Source: Candidatus Bathyarchaeia archaeon (lineage in GTDB: Archaea > Thermoproteota > Bathyarchaeia > Bathyarchaeales > Bathycorpusculaceae). Taken from it: a stretch of 64,000 nucleotides of DNA. Numbering within the stretch: position 1 is the stretch's first letter; each line of letters starts with the position of its first letter. The stretch lies in contig JBEKKK010000003.1 in the NCBI GenBank assembly GCA_050010755.1, forward strand, positions 96,001-160,000, read 5' to 3'. The notes under the pieces were generated by a model. It did not search any database. It was not told where the DNA came from and worked only from the letters and a program-made list of their open reading frames with translations. Below are positions 10,377 through 21,096 of the stretch, piece after piece. Both the position numbers and the translations under genes were made by a program.

Positions 10377-11237
10377 GTGGTAAAGATGCACTCAGGAAAG
10401 CCAAGCGGAACGGCTCTGGCAGCTGCCCGACACCGTGCTGCCCATCAGGTCATAGAGCAAAGCTGCGTTTTCTCGGATCCACTGGCACTGCGAATTCTCG
10501 GCGAAGACTCAGAGACTGTTATCCGCGAAGCTGAGAAGCACCCATCTGGACGAAGGATCCGGATGTTCGTCGTTGCGAGAACGCGGTTTGCAGAAGATGC
10601 TCTTGCCAAAGCTGTTGGACATGGGGTCCGTCAGCTTGTGATTCTGGGCGCAGGCTTAGATACCTATGCTTATCGCAGCCCGTTTGGTGACCGTCTTCAC
10701 ATTTTTGAAGTAGATCACCCAGCTACGCAATCTTGGAAACGTCAACGTCTCGACGAAGCAGCAATTCCGTTGCCAAATTGGCTGACCTTTGTTCCCCTTG
10801 ATTTCGAACATGAAAATCTTGCTGACTGCCTATTAACCGCGGGCTTTTATCCCGAGCAGCAAACGTTCTTCACTTGGCTCGGAGTTGTGCCGTATCTCAC
10901 TGAGCCAGCAATATGGTCCACACTTAGCTACATTGCCAGCTTGTCCAAAGGATCACACGTAGTGTTTGACTATAGCAATCCGCCATCTTCATACTCGCCA
11001 AGAAGGCTCATCGCTTACAACAAGCGAGCCGGCCGAGTAGCCAAACTTGGCGAAACTTTCGTTTCTCACTTTGAAACTGAAAAACTCCATAACAAATTGA
11101 GAGCCCTAGGTTATGTTCAAATTGAAGACCTCGGACCGCCACAAATAGCGAAACGTTTCTATTCAAACTCAACAAGCCCTGTTGCCAAGAATGGAGGTCA
11201 CGTCCTCCACGCATCGACCATCAAAGTAACGTTTTAA
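10377..11237 (+). CDS. SAM-dependent methyltransferase (LCM/TIGR00027-like)
   Basis: RTRFAED, QLVILGAGLDT, FEVDHP motifs. Confidence 0.9.
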   Translation: MVKMHSGKPSGTALAAARHRAAHQVIEQSCVFSDPLALRILGEDSETVIREAEKHPSGRRIRMFVVARTRFAEDALAKAVGHGVRQLVILGAGLDTYAYRSPFGDRLHIFEVDHPATQSWKRQRLDEAAIPLPNWLTFVPLDFEHENLADCLLTAGFYPEQQTFFTWLGVVPYLTEPAIWSTLSYIASLSKGSHVVFDYSNPPSSYSPRRLIAYNKRAGRVAKLGETFVSHFETEKLHNKLRALGYVQIEDLGPPQIAKRFYSNSTSPVAKNGGHVLHASTIKVTF

Positions 11238-11458
11238 GAAAAACATGTCCCTTAAGTTGACAGTATCAGCCGACCGCATAACTTTAAGGTTCAAGTCCGA
11301 CGGGAATTGCTGTCCCAGAGGAAGCGCGCGTTGTTGCGGATCTGCCCTTCCCGCCATCGATATATCTGTATGCTTTTGCTAACATATTGTGATTACTTAT
11401 TGTGAATATTCGATGTGAACTGACTATTTATGTTCGGGTTGAGCGTGGTCTCTTAGGA

Positions 11459-12466
11459 ATGGGATCTCACATGAATAATGAAATCATCGAGGCACAAGGC
11501 CTGACGAAAATCTATGGGAATACGGTCATGGCGGTGAATCAAATCTCCTTTTCTGTAAAAGAGGGAGAGCTGTTTGGTTTTCTTGGACCCAACGGCGCCG
11601 GAAAAACCACGACCATCAAGATGCTCACGACGCTTGCTTCCATCACGGCTGGTAGGGCGACCGTAGCAGGCTACGACGTAAGGAAAAAACCTGCGGAAGT
11701 CCGCGCTATCGTCGGTATCGTCCCTCAAGAATTTACAGCAGACGACGAGTTAAAAGGAACAGAAAACCTGCTACTGGCTGCGAAGCTTCATCACGTTCCC
11801 AACGCTACAGCCCACGAAAGATCGAAGAACTTACTCAAACTCGTAGATCTGGAGGGGGCCGCAGAGCGACGGGTTAAAACTTACTCTGGTGGAATGAGAC
11901 GACGCCTCCAACTTGCCATGGGTCTCATCCACTCTCCAAAGATTCTTTTTCTCGACGAGCCTACTCTGGGACTCGACGTCCAGACAAGGAGAAACATATG
12001 GAACTATATTGAACAGCTCAACCGAGAAAACGGAGTCACAGTCTTCATGACAACCCACTATCTTGAAGAGGCAGACTCGCTCTGCCACAGAATCGCCATA
12101 ATCGACGGCGGTATCATCAAAGCATCAGGGTCTCCTGCCGAACTGAAGGAAAAACTGGGCGGCGACGTTCTCACGATAGAACTCTCGGACGGCCCAGACA
12201 TGACAAGCTTCTTCAAAACCATCAGAGACGTTTCCGAAGTAACTAAGATAGGCTCAGCCTACAAAATACGACTTTCAAGAATAGAGCAGGATTTGCCGAT
12301 TATAGTCGAGGGCGCTACCAAGAAAGGTCTCAACATTACAGGAATCGCGTTGGCCAGACCCTCACTGGATCAGGTGTTCCTAGAAATCACTGGCAACTCC
12401 ATGCGTGACAACGAGAGAAACGGCGATTCATATGCGCAGCGGGTCATGATAGAGAGGCTGAAATAA
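11459..12466 (+). CDS. ABC exporter ATP-binding subunit (DrrA-like)
   Basis: GPNGAGKT, YSGGM, LFLDEPT, TTHY. The start codon is uncertain (ATG at 11459 or 11471). Confidence 0.93.
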   Translation: MGSHMNNEIIEAQGLTKIYGNTVMAVNQISFSVKEGELFGFLGPNGAGKTTTIKMLTTLASITAGRATVAGYDVRKKPAEVRAIVGIVPQEFTADDELKGTENLLLAAKLHHVPNATAHERSKNLLKLVDLEGAAERRVKTYSGGMRRRLQLAMGLIHSPKILFLDEPTLGLDVQTRRNIWNYIEQLNRENGVTVFMTTHYLEEADSLCHRIAIIDGGIIKASGSPAELKEKLGGDVLTIELSDGPDMTSFFKTIRDVSEVTKIGSAYKIRLSRIEQDLPIIVEGATKKGLNITGIALARPSLDQVFLEITGNSMRDNERNGDSYAQRVMIERLK

Positions 12467-12468
12467 TA

Positions 12469-13332
12469 ATGATCGCCGACACCATAGCATTGACCGTTCG
12501 GGCCCTCAAGAAATGGATAAGAAATCCAGCCGCCATCATGCCGGGCTTATTCATGGCCATCTTCTGGTTGGCACTGTTTGGGAACTCGTTCAACCCAGCC
12601 AACTTGATGCCAACGCAGATAGGCAGCACCACGTTGCCGCCGACACTTCTTCAGCAAATCCGCTCTGCGATAGTGGGACAGACTTTCGGCGGTGCCCCGA
12701 CCTATATAACCTTCCTCACTGCAGGCGTCATCTGCCTCATAATCGTAGTCAACATGGCTTATGGAGGAATCGACATCGTGCTCGACAGACAACTCGGCTA
12801 CCTAAGCACATTGCTCTCATCGCCAATATCCAGGGCCTCAATATACTTCTCTGGCGTACTCCAAAACTTCGCAAAGGCCATGGTGATAGCCTTCTTGACC
12901 TTCATAGTGGCCTTGGTTCTTCCCAACGGCTTGGAGTTATCAGCAGGGTTCAACGTTCTGGATTTTCTCGGCGTTTTCGCCGCCTTCGCTCTACTGGCCT
13001 TCGGCTTCTGCTGTCTCTTCACCACTGTAGCCTTCTCAGTCAAGGCTGTCGATTCACTCGTCGCCATAGCCAACTTCGTAGCTTTTCCAGTTGTCTTCAT
13101 CAGCAACGCCATGTTCCCCACAGCCTCGTTTCCGAACTGGATGAAGAACATCGCTCAGGTCAACCCTGTCAGCAAGGCCGACGAAGCCGCAAGACTACTC
13201 ATCGTGAACGGAAGCCTCACCACCAACCAACTTTGGCTTTTCATCGCAGACATCGGGTACCTTTTGGTCTTCACACTGGTTCTAGCAGCGCTAGGATATG
13301 CAGCAGCAAGGAGAGTTCTGAGAGCCGAATGA
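12469..13332 (+). CDS. ABC-2 type permease (DrrB-like)
   Basis: About six TM segments and a FPxxxFPxW..NP motif; adjacent to the ATPase. Confidence 0.9.
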   Translation: MIADTIALTVRALKKWIRNPAAIMPGLFMAIFWLALFGNSFNPANLMPTQIGSTTLPPTLLQQIRSAIVGQTFGGAPTYITFLTAGVICLIIVVNMAYGGIDIVLDRQLGYLSTLLSSPISRASIYFSGVLQNFAKAMVIAFLTFIVALVLPNGLELSAGFNVLDFLGVFAAFALLAFGFCCLFTTVAFSVKAVDSLVAIANFVAFPVVFISNAMFPTASFPNWMKNIAQVNPVSKADEAARLLIVNGSLTTNQLWLFIADIGYLLVFTLVLAALGYAAARRVLRAE

Positions 13333-13412
13333 CTAAAACCCAGAATGAACGAGTTTTCCGAGACCGCCAGAAATATTAGCCAGAATCTAACCGATCCAAA
13401 GAGGAGCTAAGA

Positions 13413-14663
13413 ATGTCATCCCTGCAAATCAAATCCGGAGAAACTGCGCAGCTAGATCACGTCAACGGCGATCTCCATGTAGGCCGCAATGCCAAAATCA
13501 AGCCCCGTGATGGCAAGCGGGTCACTGTGAATAAGGCCGCCGTTTTTGAGGGCAACGCATCCGTGGAAGGCGATTTCGAATGTGACTCTCTGACAGTGAA
13601 CGGCAAAGGAACTCTGAGAGTAAACGGCAACCTGAAGATCCACAATAAGCTTGACGTAATGGATTCGTTATTCGCCATGGCCAGGATCACGGCCCTAGAA
13701 ATAGATGTGGGCGGGAAAGTGACTGCAGGATCCGTCGTTTGCAGCAGGCTAAGGGCTGGCGGTGTCGTGGAAGTAGAGGACACCCTGGAGGCCGAAACTG
13801 TTGACGTGGGCAGAAGAGTGACCGCCTCTGGTCAGGTGGCACTGAAAAGCCTTCAAGTTGGGGGTAAGACCGAAATCGGCGGAGGAACCATCACGGAGCT
13901 CGCTAAGATGAGCGGAACATTCAGCAGCAGTTCCAAGTTGAACTTCAGTGAGTTACAGGTTTATGGCAAGGCATCGTTGCCAACTGGCTGCAAGGGTCAA
14001 AGAATCAGGTCCTTTGGTCGCCTTTGCGTGGACGGTAGCATTACCTGTGAAGAGATAATGGTTGAGGGAGCCGCCGACATTCGAGGAGACTGCCACACTG
14101 CAAAGATGGAGGTTGACGGCAGACTTGACGTGTCCGGATCGCTAATGGCCTCTAATATGCTTGAGAGTTTTGGCCAAACAGAGATTGTAGGTCAGTTGCA
14201 AGGCAAGAGCCTTCGAGTAGGCGGCAAATTCAAGGCAAGAGAAGTCGTCCTCACTGAAACGGCGGATCTCATGGGCGACGTCAAGACAGAGGATGGACTG
14301 AGAGCGAAGTCTCTGATCATCCGAACAGGCACAAGGTGCGAGGGCATAATAGTCGGCGAACGTGTAGAAGTGGGCAAGAGCAGCCTAGTCGTTGCCAACT
14401 GGGCGACAAAATGGGCCCACCAATCAATCTCCATAAGGCTAGTAGGCAAAATGACGCAGGTTAACGATGTTTACGGCACGAAAGTGACCCTGGGCAAGGC
14501 ATCCAAAGCCCGAAGGATATTTGCTCAAGATGTCGAGCTAGAGAACGGATCAATCGCTGAACAAGTGACATACACTGGCGAGCTGAAGAGGAGCGACCAC
14601 GTTTTCATTAGGCTTCCACCAGAGAAGGCCATCAAGCTTCCTGACCCTCCCCTGAAAGGTTAG
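13413..14663 (+). CDS. Bactofilin/polymer-forming-like beta-solenoid repeat protein
   Basis: ~17-aa repeats of V/I-x-G (VGGKV, VDGRL) along 416 aa; SD GAGGAG upstream. Confidence 0.7.
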   Translation: MSSLQIKSGETAQLDHVNGDLHVGRNAKIKPRDGKRVTVNKAAVFEGNASVEGDFECDSLTVNGKGTLRVNGNLKIHNKLDVMDSLFAMARITALEIDVGGKVTAGSVVCSRLRAGGVVEVEDTLEAETVDVGRRVTASGQVALKSLQVGGKTEIGGGTITELAKMSGTFSSSSKLNFSELQVYGKASLPTGCKGQRIRSFGRLCVDGSITCEEIMVEGAADIRGDCHTAKMEVDGRLDVSGSLMASNMLESFGQTEIVGQLQGKSLRVGGKFKAREVVLTETADLMGDVKTEDGLRAKSLIIRTGTRCEGIIVGERVEVGKSSLVVANWATKWAHQSISIRLVGKMTQVNDVYGTKVTLGKASKARRIFAQDVELENGSIAEQVTYTGELKRSDHVFIRLPPEKAIKLPDPPLKG

Positions 14664-14700
14664 AGGAGCAAGTCTCGAAAGCGGGAGGCAAAAAAGGTCC

Positions 14701-14985
14701 ATGAGCGGCAACAACTCCAAGAGGTCAAGAACGGACCTGTACGCGAAGATCCTGGAAGTGCTAATCCGTTATCCCGAAGGAGGAAGAATAACCAGAATGT
14801 CCTACGGCGTTGGTGTTCCCGTGGACAGGCTTAGAGCCATGGCCGAAAACCTCTGCTCCTTTGGCCTGGTCAGGAAACTGACTGATGAGGATGAGATATA
14901 CTACTTTGTTACGCCCCGAGGCTTAGAGTTCCTTGAAACCTACAGGAAAATGAATGGCTTCTTGGCGGCGTTCGACGAAAAATAA
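14701..14985 (+). CDS. Winged-helix transcriptional regulator
   Basis: RSRTDLYAKIL...YFVTPRGLEFL pattern typical of small archaeal wHTH proteins. Confidence 0.85.
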   Translation: MSGNNSKRSRTDLYAKILEVLIRYPEGGRITRMSYGVGVPVDRLRAMAENLCSFGLVRKLTDEDEIYYFVTPRGLEFLETYRKMNGFLAAFDEK

Positions 14986-15350
14986 GCGCGCAGCATCTCG
15001 GTTACTACGTTGTCATCAGAAAATCCATTATGTGCTTTTCCTATCTTCGGAGATGTTATTTGTGTATCGATTCAACTATTAGTTTTTCTGTTCTGCACTT
15101 TCACTCTCTTTTTTAAATCAACTAATTAATTGACACTTAGATTATTGGTTGTTCTAGCGGTTCATATTTGGATCATATCGTAGACCGAGTGGAGGGGCCG
15201 TCAGCGCACACTAGAAGCCCAATTCTGCCCATGCGCAAAACTCAAAACAAACATCTGGGCCACATTAGGACAAGAAACCGAATTTGGGAACACGCACAGC
15301 GCTACCATGAACGGACAGGTTTTATATTTTCATCAGTCTTCCTATCTGAT

Positions 15351-16469
15351 ATGCAAATCATACAATTATCAACCGCTCTGCCCCCGAATGAATACTCAAC
15401 AGAAAAGCTGATAGAATTGTTCCCATGCGAACTTCCGCAGCCCGTAATTCAAAACGTGCTCAACCTCGGAGTCTCAAAACGCCATCTGATTAAGCAGTCA
15501 ACCCTCACAGACGAGTCAGAAACACCGATGGATGAAACACCTCTCATAGACCTGTGCTCCGAGGCGTGCCAGAAAACCCTTAGGGGAGCCCACCTTCGTC
15601 CCACCGACATAGACTGTCTCATCGCTGCTTATGATACAAATCCCTTCCTGAGCCCGGGCCTCAGCCAACTGCTAGTGCCAAGTCTGGGTTTGGATCCTTT
15701 CATCAAACATGTCAACGCGCAGGGAATCGCCAGCACGGCATTCACGAAGACTTTACAGCTAGCAGGAGATCACCTTGTTGCCCATCCAAAAGACAACGTG
15801 CTGATTTGCGTATCAGGAGTCAGTTCCTACTGGTTCCAAAATCAAGTACAAGGCCTAAATGGCGTGATGGAAATCGGCAAGATCAGCTCGATAAAGAACA
15901 ACAGAAGAAAGCAAACGGAGCTAAGAAAGTGGGTGGCCACGATGCAATCCTTTCTTTTCGGGGACGGCGTGGCTGCAGCCCTGGTATCGGAAAAAAGAGA
16001 GGGTATGAAGGTCGACGAGATAGCCGAACTGACAAACATCGATTCAAAAGACTACCTTGCGGGTTATGCTAGACTCTCCTTCCTGAACGAGCCCTTCAAG
16101 TTCGGCTTCGATTCACACTTAGGCAAAGAAATCCCAGACTTAGGCGTCAAGTACACAAGTCTGGTTCTTGACAGGTTGTTCGGAAAGAATCTAGAGAAGA
16201 GAACAAGAAGTGCGAAGAAGTGGGCCGTTCACACAGGCAGCGAAAAGATACTCGACGCTCTTGCTGAACACCACGATGTTGAAAAGGAGAAGCTGAGAGA
16301 ATCCCACGAAGTGCTAAATGAGTACGGCAACCTTGCAGGTGCAAGCCTGCCCTTCATAGTCAACCGAATAGACTCGAAGAACAAGTTCTCAAGCGGAGAC
16401 ACCATATTAATGCTAGGCTACGGCTGGGGATTCTCCGCGTCGGCAGGTCTACTCGAATATTGCAGTTAA
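15351..16469 (+). CDS. Type III PKS / chalcone-synthase-like condensing enzyme (Ser at the catalytic Cys position)
   Basis: LFGDGVAA, WAVHTG...IL, YGNLAGAS and GYGWGF motifs. ATG 15351 lies ~25 nt after TTTTATAT. Confidence 0.85.
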   Translation: MQIIQLSTALPPNEYSTEKLIELFPCELPQPVIQNVLNLGVSKRHLIKQSTLTDESETPMDETPLIDLCSEACQKTLRGAHLRPTDIDCLIAAYDTNPFLSPGLSQLLVPSLGLDPFIKHVNAQGIASTAFTKTLQLAGDHLVAHPKDNVLICVSGVSSYWFQNQVQGLNGVMEIGKISSIKNNRRKQTELRKWVATMQSFLFGDGVAAALVSEKREGMKVDEIAELTNIDSKDYLAGYARLSFLNEPFKFGFDSHLGKEIPDLGVKYTSLVLDRLFGKNLEKRTRSAKKWAVHTGSEKILDALAEHHDVEKEKLRESHEVLNEYGNLAGASLPFIVNRIDSKNKFSSGDTILMLGYGWGFSASAGLLEYCS

Positions 16470-16611
16470 AGACTTGAACCTCGATTCGGTTGAGAGCTCA
16501 CGGAGCTGATTGCTCTCACGATTTTTGAACCGATAATAAAATATCTTCCTACATCAATTGGGATAGTAACTCAAGCTAGCTCATGGCATTTATTGGAGGC
16601 AGAACGCTGGA

Positions 16612-18294
16612 ATGTTTGACAAGAGAAAAATCGAAGAAGTAAGCAAAGAACGTATACGCTGGGAACAGACGACTTTGCCGAGCTGGATTAAGCAATCCAG
16701 TGAAAGGAAAAAAGAATTTCGGAATACTTCTAACATGCTGATCAACAGGTTGTACACGCCTGAAGATGTCAAAGGGCTTGATTATCTGAAGGATATTGGT
16801 TTTCCAGGAGAATTTCCGTTCCTGCGCGGCGTGCATGCCACTATGTACCGTGGTCGATTCTGGACCATGCGCCAGTTTGCAGGGTTCGGGACAGCAGCAC
16901 AGACAAACAAACGCTTCAAGTACCTCCTAAAGGAAGGAGAAACGGGACTCAGCATAGCCTTCGACTATCCGACAATAATGGGCTACGACTCCGATCACCC
17001 CATGGGAAAGGGCGAGGTCGGCATATGCGGCGTAGCCATTTCCTCGCTGAGAGACATGGAAGCTCTGCTCGACGGAATTCCCTTGGACAAAGTCACAACG
17101 TCTATGACGATAAACGGCCCTGCAACCATGCTGCTCGCCATGTACGTTGCCGTAGGCGATGAGCAACATGTGCCAAGAGAGAAACTTGGAGGAACGACCC
17201 AGAACGACAACCTGAAAGAGTACTTCGCTCAGAAGCTCTGCATATACCCACCGAAACCGTCCCTCAAACTGACAACCGACATCATAGAGTACTGCACGCG
17301 GCACCTGCCAAGGTGGAACCCCATAAGCATAAGCGGATACCACATCAGGGAGGCCGGCGCAAACGCCGTGCAGGAACTAGCATTCACCATCTACGATGGA
17401 ATATCCTACGTAGAATCCACACAGCAGAGAGGCCTGAAAGTCGACGACTTCGCTCAACGATTGTCATTCTTCTTCGCCTCACACAACGATTTCTTCGAAG
17501 AACTCGCCAAGTTCAGAGCAGCTCGAAGAATATGGGCAAAACTGATGAAAGAACGCTTCCACGCCAAGAACCCACGATCGATGTGGATGCGCATGCACGT
17601 TCAGACTTCAGGATGCACACTCACGGCTCAGCAACCACTGAACAACATTACCCGCACCACGATCCAGGCCTTTGCAGCGGTTCTGGGAGGAACACAATCA
17701 CTGCACACAAACTCCTTCGACGAAGCACTAGCCCTGCCCAGCGAGAATGCCGTCAGAGTCGCTCTCAGAACCCAGCAGATAATAGCCCACGAAAGCGGCG
17801 CAACCAACACAATCGACCCCATGGCCGGTTCATACTACGTTGAAGCCCTCACGAACGAGATGGAAGAAAAAGCGATGGAGTACATCCAAAAAGTCGACGA
17901 CATGGGAGGAGCCATAGTCGCAATAGAAAAGGGATTCTTCCAGAAAGAAATAGCCGACAGCTCCTACAAATACCAGAGAGAAATAGACGAGAAGAAACGG
18001 ACCATAGTCGGCGTGAACGACTACAGAATCGAGAAAGACAAGTACCCAATAGAACTGCTCAGGGTAGACCCAAAAGTCGAAAAAGAACAACTAGCCGACC
18101 TCAACCGCCTCAGAAAAACGCGAAACAACAAGAAAGTCGAAGCAACCCTTAACAAGCTAGAGCGCTCGGCAGAGAAGGATGAAAACCTCATGCCCGCGAT
18201 AATCGAAGCAGTAAAAACCTACGCGACTCTGGGCGAAATTTGCGAGGTACTGCGGAAAGTTTATGGAGAATACAAGGAGTTAATCGTGATTTAA
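16612..18294 (+). CDS. B12-dependent acyl-CoA mutase large subunit, isobutyryl-CoA-mutase-like
   Basis: [43 protein letters not shown]. Confidence 0.92.
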   Translation: MFDKRKIEEVSKERIRWEQTTLPSWIKQSSERKKEFRNTSNMLINRLYTPEDVKGLDYLKDIGFPGEFPFLRGVHATMYRGRFWTMRQFAGFGTAAQTNKRFKYLLKEGETGLSIAFDYPTIMGYDSDHPMGKGEVGICGVAISSLRDMEALLDGIPLDKVTTSMTINGPATMLLAMYVAVGDEQHVPREKLGGTTQNDNLKEYFAQKLCIYPPKPSLKLTTDIIEYCTRHLPRWNPISISGYHIREAGANAVQELAFTIYDGISYVESTQQRGLKVDDFAQRLSFFFASHNDFFEELAKFRAARRIWAKLMKERFHAKNPRSMWMRMHVQTSGCTLTAQQPLNNITRTTIQAFAAVLGGTQSLHTNSFDEALALPSENAVRVALRTQQIIAHESGATNTIDPMAGSYYVEALTNEMEEKAMEYIQKVDDMGGAIVAIEKGFFQKEIADSSYKYQREIDEKKRTIVGVNDYRIEKDKYPIELLRVDPKVEKEQLADLNRLRKTRNNKKVEATLNKLERSAEKDENLMPAIIEAVKTYATLGEICEVLRKVYGEYKELIVI

Positions 18295-18307
18295 AGAGGC
18301 GAAAGCA

Positions 18308-18715
18308 ATGGAAGATACAAGAAAAATCAGAGTTCTAATCGCGAAACCCGGCCTTGACAGTCACGACAGAGGCGCCAAAGTCGTGGCCAGAGCCCTAAGA
18401 GACGCCGGCATGGAAGTCATCTACACGGGACTCAGACAAACCCCGGAACAAATCGCAGAAACAGCCCTGCAAGAAGACGTGGACGTCATAGGCCTAAGCA
18501 TTCTCTCAGGCGCCCACAAAACCCTCTTCCCCAGAATAATGAACCTCCTCAAAAAACAAGGGCTAACAGACGTGATGGTCTTCGCCGGAGGAATAATCCC
18601 CGAAGAAGACGTTACCGAAATGAAAAAACTGGGCATAAAAGAAATCTTCGGACCAGGAACAACGACCGAACAGATAATACATTACGTGACGGACAACCTC
18701 CCAAAAAGAGACTAA
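18308..18715 (+). CDS. Acyl-CoA mutase cobalamin-binding small subunit
   Basis: [10 protein letters not shown] (DxHxxG), SILSGAH. Confidence 0.95.
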   Translation: MEDTRKIRVLIAKPGLDSHDRGAKVVARALRDAGMEVIYTGLRQTPEQIAETALQEDVDVIGLSILSGAHKTLFPRIMNLLKKQGLTDVMVFAGGIIPEEDVTEMKKLGIKEIFGPGTTTEQIIHYVTDNLPKRD

Positions 18716-18737
18716 GCACTCACGATGTGCAAAAGTT

Positions 18738-19697
18738 TTGACCAGAACTCAAGAAATCGCACAGGGTGTTCTGAAAGGCGATCGCAGAAGCATAGCAAAA
18801 GCCATAACAATCATCGAGAACAGCACGCCTGAAGCCCAAGAACTCATTGCAACCGTTTTTCCCCACACGGGAAGAGCCCACATCATAGGCTTAACCGGAG
18901 CCGGCGGAGCTGGAAAAAGCACGCTCATCGAGAAAATCATCCGCGAATACAGACAAAAAGGCAAAACAGTGGGCATTATCGCCGTAGACCCCACGAGTCC
19001 CTTCACAGGAGGGGCATTCCTAGGCGACAGAATCCGTATGCAAGAATTGAGCACCGACGAGGGCGTCTACATAAGAAGCATGGCAACCCGCAACTACGCG
19101 GGCGGAGTATCAAAAGCAACAAAGGACGCAGCAAAAATACTGGACGCCGCAGGAAAAGACATAGTCATCGTCGAAACCGCCGGTGCCGGCCAGTCTGAAG
19201 TCGAGATCGTCAACGTAGCCCAAACAATCGTTGTCATGCACGCTCCAGGGCTCGGAGACGAGATACAAGCGATAAAAGCGGGAATAATGGAAATAGCAGA
19301 CATATTCGTGATAAACAAAGCCGACCGAGAAAACGCAGACAAGACCGCCACAGACATACAAGCGATGCTCCAGATGAGCAACAAGAAAGACGGATGGAAA
19401 CCGCCCGTGCTCAAAACAGTGGCGCTCACCGGCGAAGGCGTCCCAGAACTCATCGAAAAAATCGAAGAACACAGATGCTTCCTCGAAACAGACACGAAGC
19501 ACAGAGAAAACCTGTTGAAAACCAAGGCCGAAGCAGAGCTGATAGAAGCCATAAAAGAAAGGATATCCAAGGTACTCGTAAACCAGCTTAAGAGAGAAGG
19601 AAAACTCGACAAACTCCTCAGCGAAATCGTCGAAAAAAAGACAGACCCAGCTTCCGCGGCTGAAAAACTCGTCAGGAAAACGATTAACCATGTCTAA
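18738..19697 (+). CDS. meaB: Mutase-associated GTPase chaperone MeaB
   Basis: GAGGAGKST, AVDPTSP, GDRIRM, ETAGAGQSE, NKAD. Confidence 0.93.
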   Translation: MTRTQEIAQGVLKGDRRSIAKAITIIENSTPEAQELIATVFPHTGRAHIIGLTGAGGAGKSTLIEKIIREYRQKGKTVGIIAVDPTSPFTGGAFLGDRIRMQELSTDEGVYIRSMATRNYAGGVSKATKDAAKILDAAGKDIVIVETAGAGQSEVEIVNVAQTIVVMHAPGLGDEIQAIKAGIMEIADIFVINKADRENADKTATDIQAMLQMSNKKDGWKPPVLKTVALTGEGVPELIEKIEEHRCFLETDTKHRENLLKTKAEAELIEAIKERISKVLVNQLKREGKLDKLLSEIVEKKTDPASAAEKLVRKTINHV

Positions 19698-20220
19698 ACT
19701 CGAGAAAGGACTCATCCAAGTTTACACCGGAAACGGAAAAGGAAAAACATCCGCAGCCTTCGGCCTAGCGCTGAGAGCAACAGGCAGAGGGCTCAGCGTA
19801 TACGTGATCCAGTTCATCAAGGGCGGGTTCGACTACGGCGAACTCCACATTCTGGACAAACTTCCCAACATCACCCTCAAAGCCTTCGGAAGAGGCAAGT
19901 TCATAACGGCAAAGCCACCTGAAAAAGAAGACATCAAACTCGCCGAAGAAGCCCTCAAACTGGCAAAAGAAATCACAGAAGCCGGAGAACACGACATCGT
20001 CATACTCGACGAAATCAACGTCGCCATAGACCTAAAACTCATAAAACTCCAAGAAGTCATCGAAATCATAAAAAAGAAACCCGACAACGTTGAAATCATC
20101 CTAACCGGCCGCAACGCACCAGAAGAAATAATCAACCTCGCAGACCTCGTCACGGAGCTCAAGGACATCAAGCACCCATTCCATAAAGGCTTCAAAGCCC
20201 GAAAAGGAATCGAATACTAA
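19690..20220 (+). CDS. cobO: Cob(I)alamin adenosyltransferase (CobO/BtuR family)
   Basis: VYTGNGKGKTSAAFG, QFIKG, ILDEI, LTGR, KHPF...GIEY. Confidence 0.93.
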   Translation: MSKLEKGLIQVYTGNGKGKTSAAFGLALRATGRGLSVYVIQFIKGGFDYGELHILDKLPNITLKAFGRGKFITAKPPEKEDIKLAEEALKLAKEITEAGEHDIVILDEINVAIDLKLIKLQEVIEIIKKKPDNVEIILTGRNAPEEIINLADLVTELKDIKHPFHKGFKARKGIEY

Positions 20221-20300
20221 ATTTTCACACGACGCGGCGCGCGCGCAATAGCAACATTTCTTCTAACCATTTTCTTTGGTGGTTGTATTGTTTCGCTCAA
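20217..20300 (-). pseudogene. Truncated 5' fragment paralogous to 21097..21684
   Basis: Reads MSETIQPPKKMVRRNVAIA versus SETKPKKMVSRSLAIT; similarity stops at ~20244 (GCGCGCGC). Confidence 0.7.
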
Positions 20301-20477
20301 TTTTGAACCTCTAGTTTGTCTTCTGTTGCTGTGCCGACAAGATTTCTGTCTTTGAGGTTTTGCGGAAAAGTTATAGCTAACTCGGTCTTTCTAGTTCCGA
20401 TTTCTAACTCAGATAGTGGTCAAACTAGCTTAAAAGGACTGATAGAAGAATCCTCTAGCCTCAGTTAATCAGAGAAG

Positions 20478-20993
20478 CTAACCAATTGTGATTTTTGGTT
20501 GGCTCTTAGATTTTGTCTCCTCAACTTCTTTCTTGAGGTCTTCAAATTCCTTCTTCATTGTTTGACCAATATCTTTAATGGCTAAAAGACCCATCAAAAG
20601 AAATAGAATAGTCGAACCGACAAAGGAAAGGGGCAACCAACCATCTAAGTTTTGTTTTTCCCAATTCACTAGCCATCCGTAACTCATCAAAGTAGAAACC
20701 ACATAGCCGAAAAAGGTAATTCCCATTCCCCAGCTTAGATAAACAGGGAATCCACCCTGTTCTTCAATAGTTGTCAGTTTGGTTTTCAGTTCGCTCAACT
20801 TTTCTGGTGATATGCGAGTGTCAGCTTTACGAGCACCTTCTTTGAACTTTTGAAGTGTTTCATAAACATCTTCCGCCCTATGACTGAAAATTCTCTTGTA
20901 CAAAGGAATAATCAATGCAAATACAGCAAGAACAAGACCCGCACCTGTTATGCTGGCTTGAAGTAGGGTCAAAACTAGGTTTTCATCAAGCAT
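20478..20993 (-). CDS. Membrane protein (3 TM)
   Basis: 171-aa ORF with three hydrophobic segments. Confidence 0.75.
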   Translation of the reverse strand: MLDENLVLTLLQASITGAGLVLAVFALIIPLYKRIFSHRAEDVYETLQKFKEGARKADTRISPEKLSELKTKLTTIEEQGGFPVYLSWGMGITFFGYVVSTLMSYGWLVNWEKQNLDGWLPLSFVGSTILFLLMGLLAIKDIGQTMKKEFEDLKKEVEETKSKSQPKITIG

Positions 20994-21096
20994 AGAGTAT
21001 TATATTCAACTGCTAGAACATAGGTTTTTCTAATTTGCATCCTTTCACAAATCTTTAAATCGCTATAGCAATACAAGACAAGCTAGGGGTTCAAAA

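Noticed and set aside
12513-13379. 288-aa ORF overlapping the permease, and similar antisense/shadow ORFs over thiolases, mutase, rpo and surface genes
   Set aside because: Alternative frames of well-supported genes with no protein-like features.
15168-15350. N-terminal extension of the PKS ORF
   Set aside because: It contains the TATA box, and homology begins at ATG 15351.
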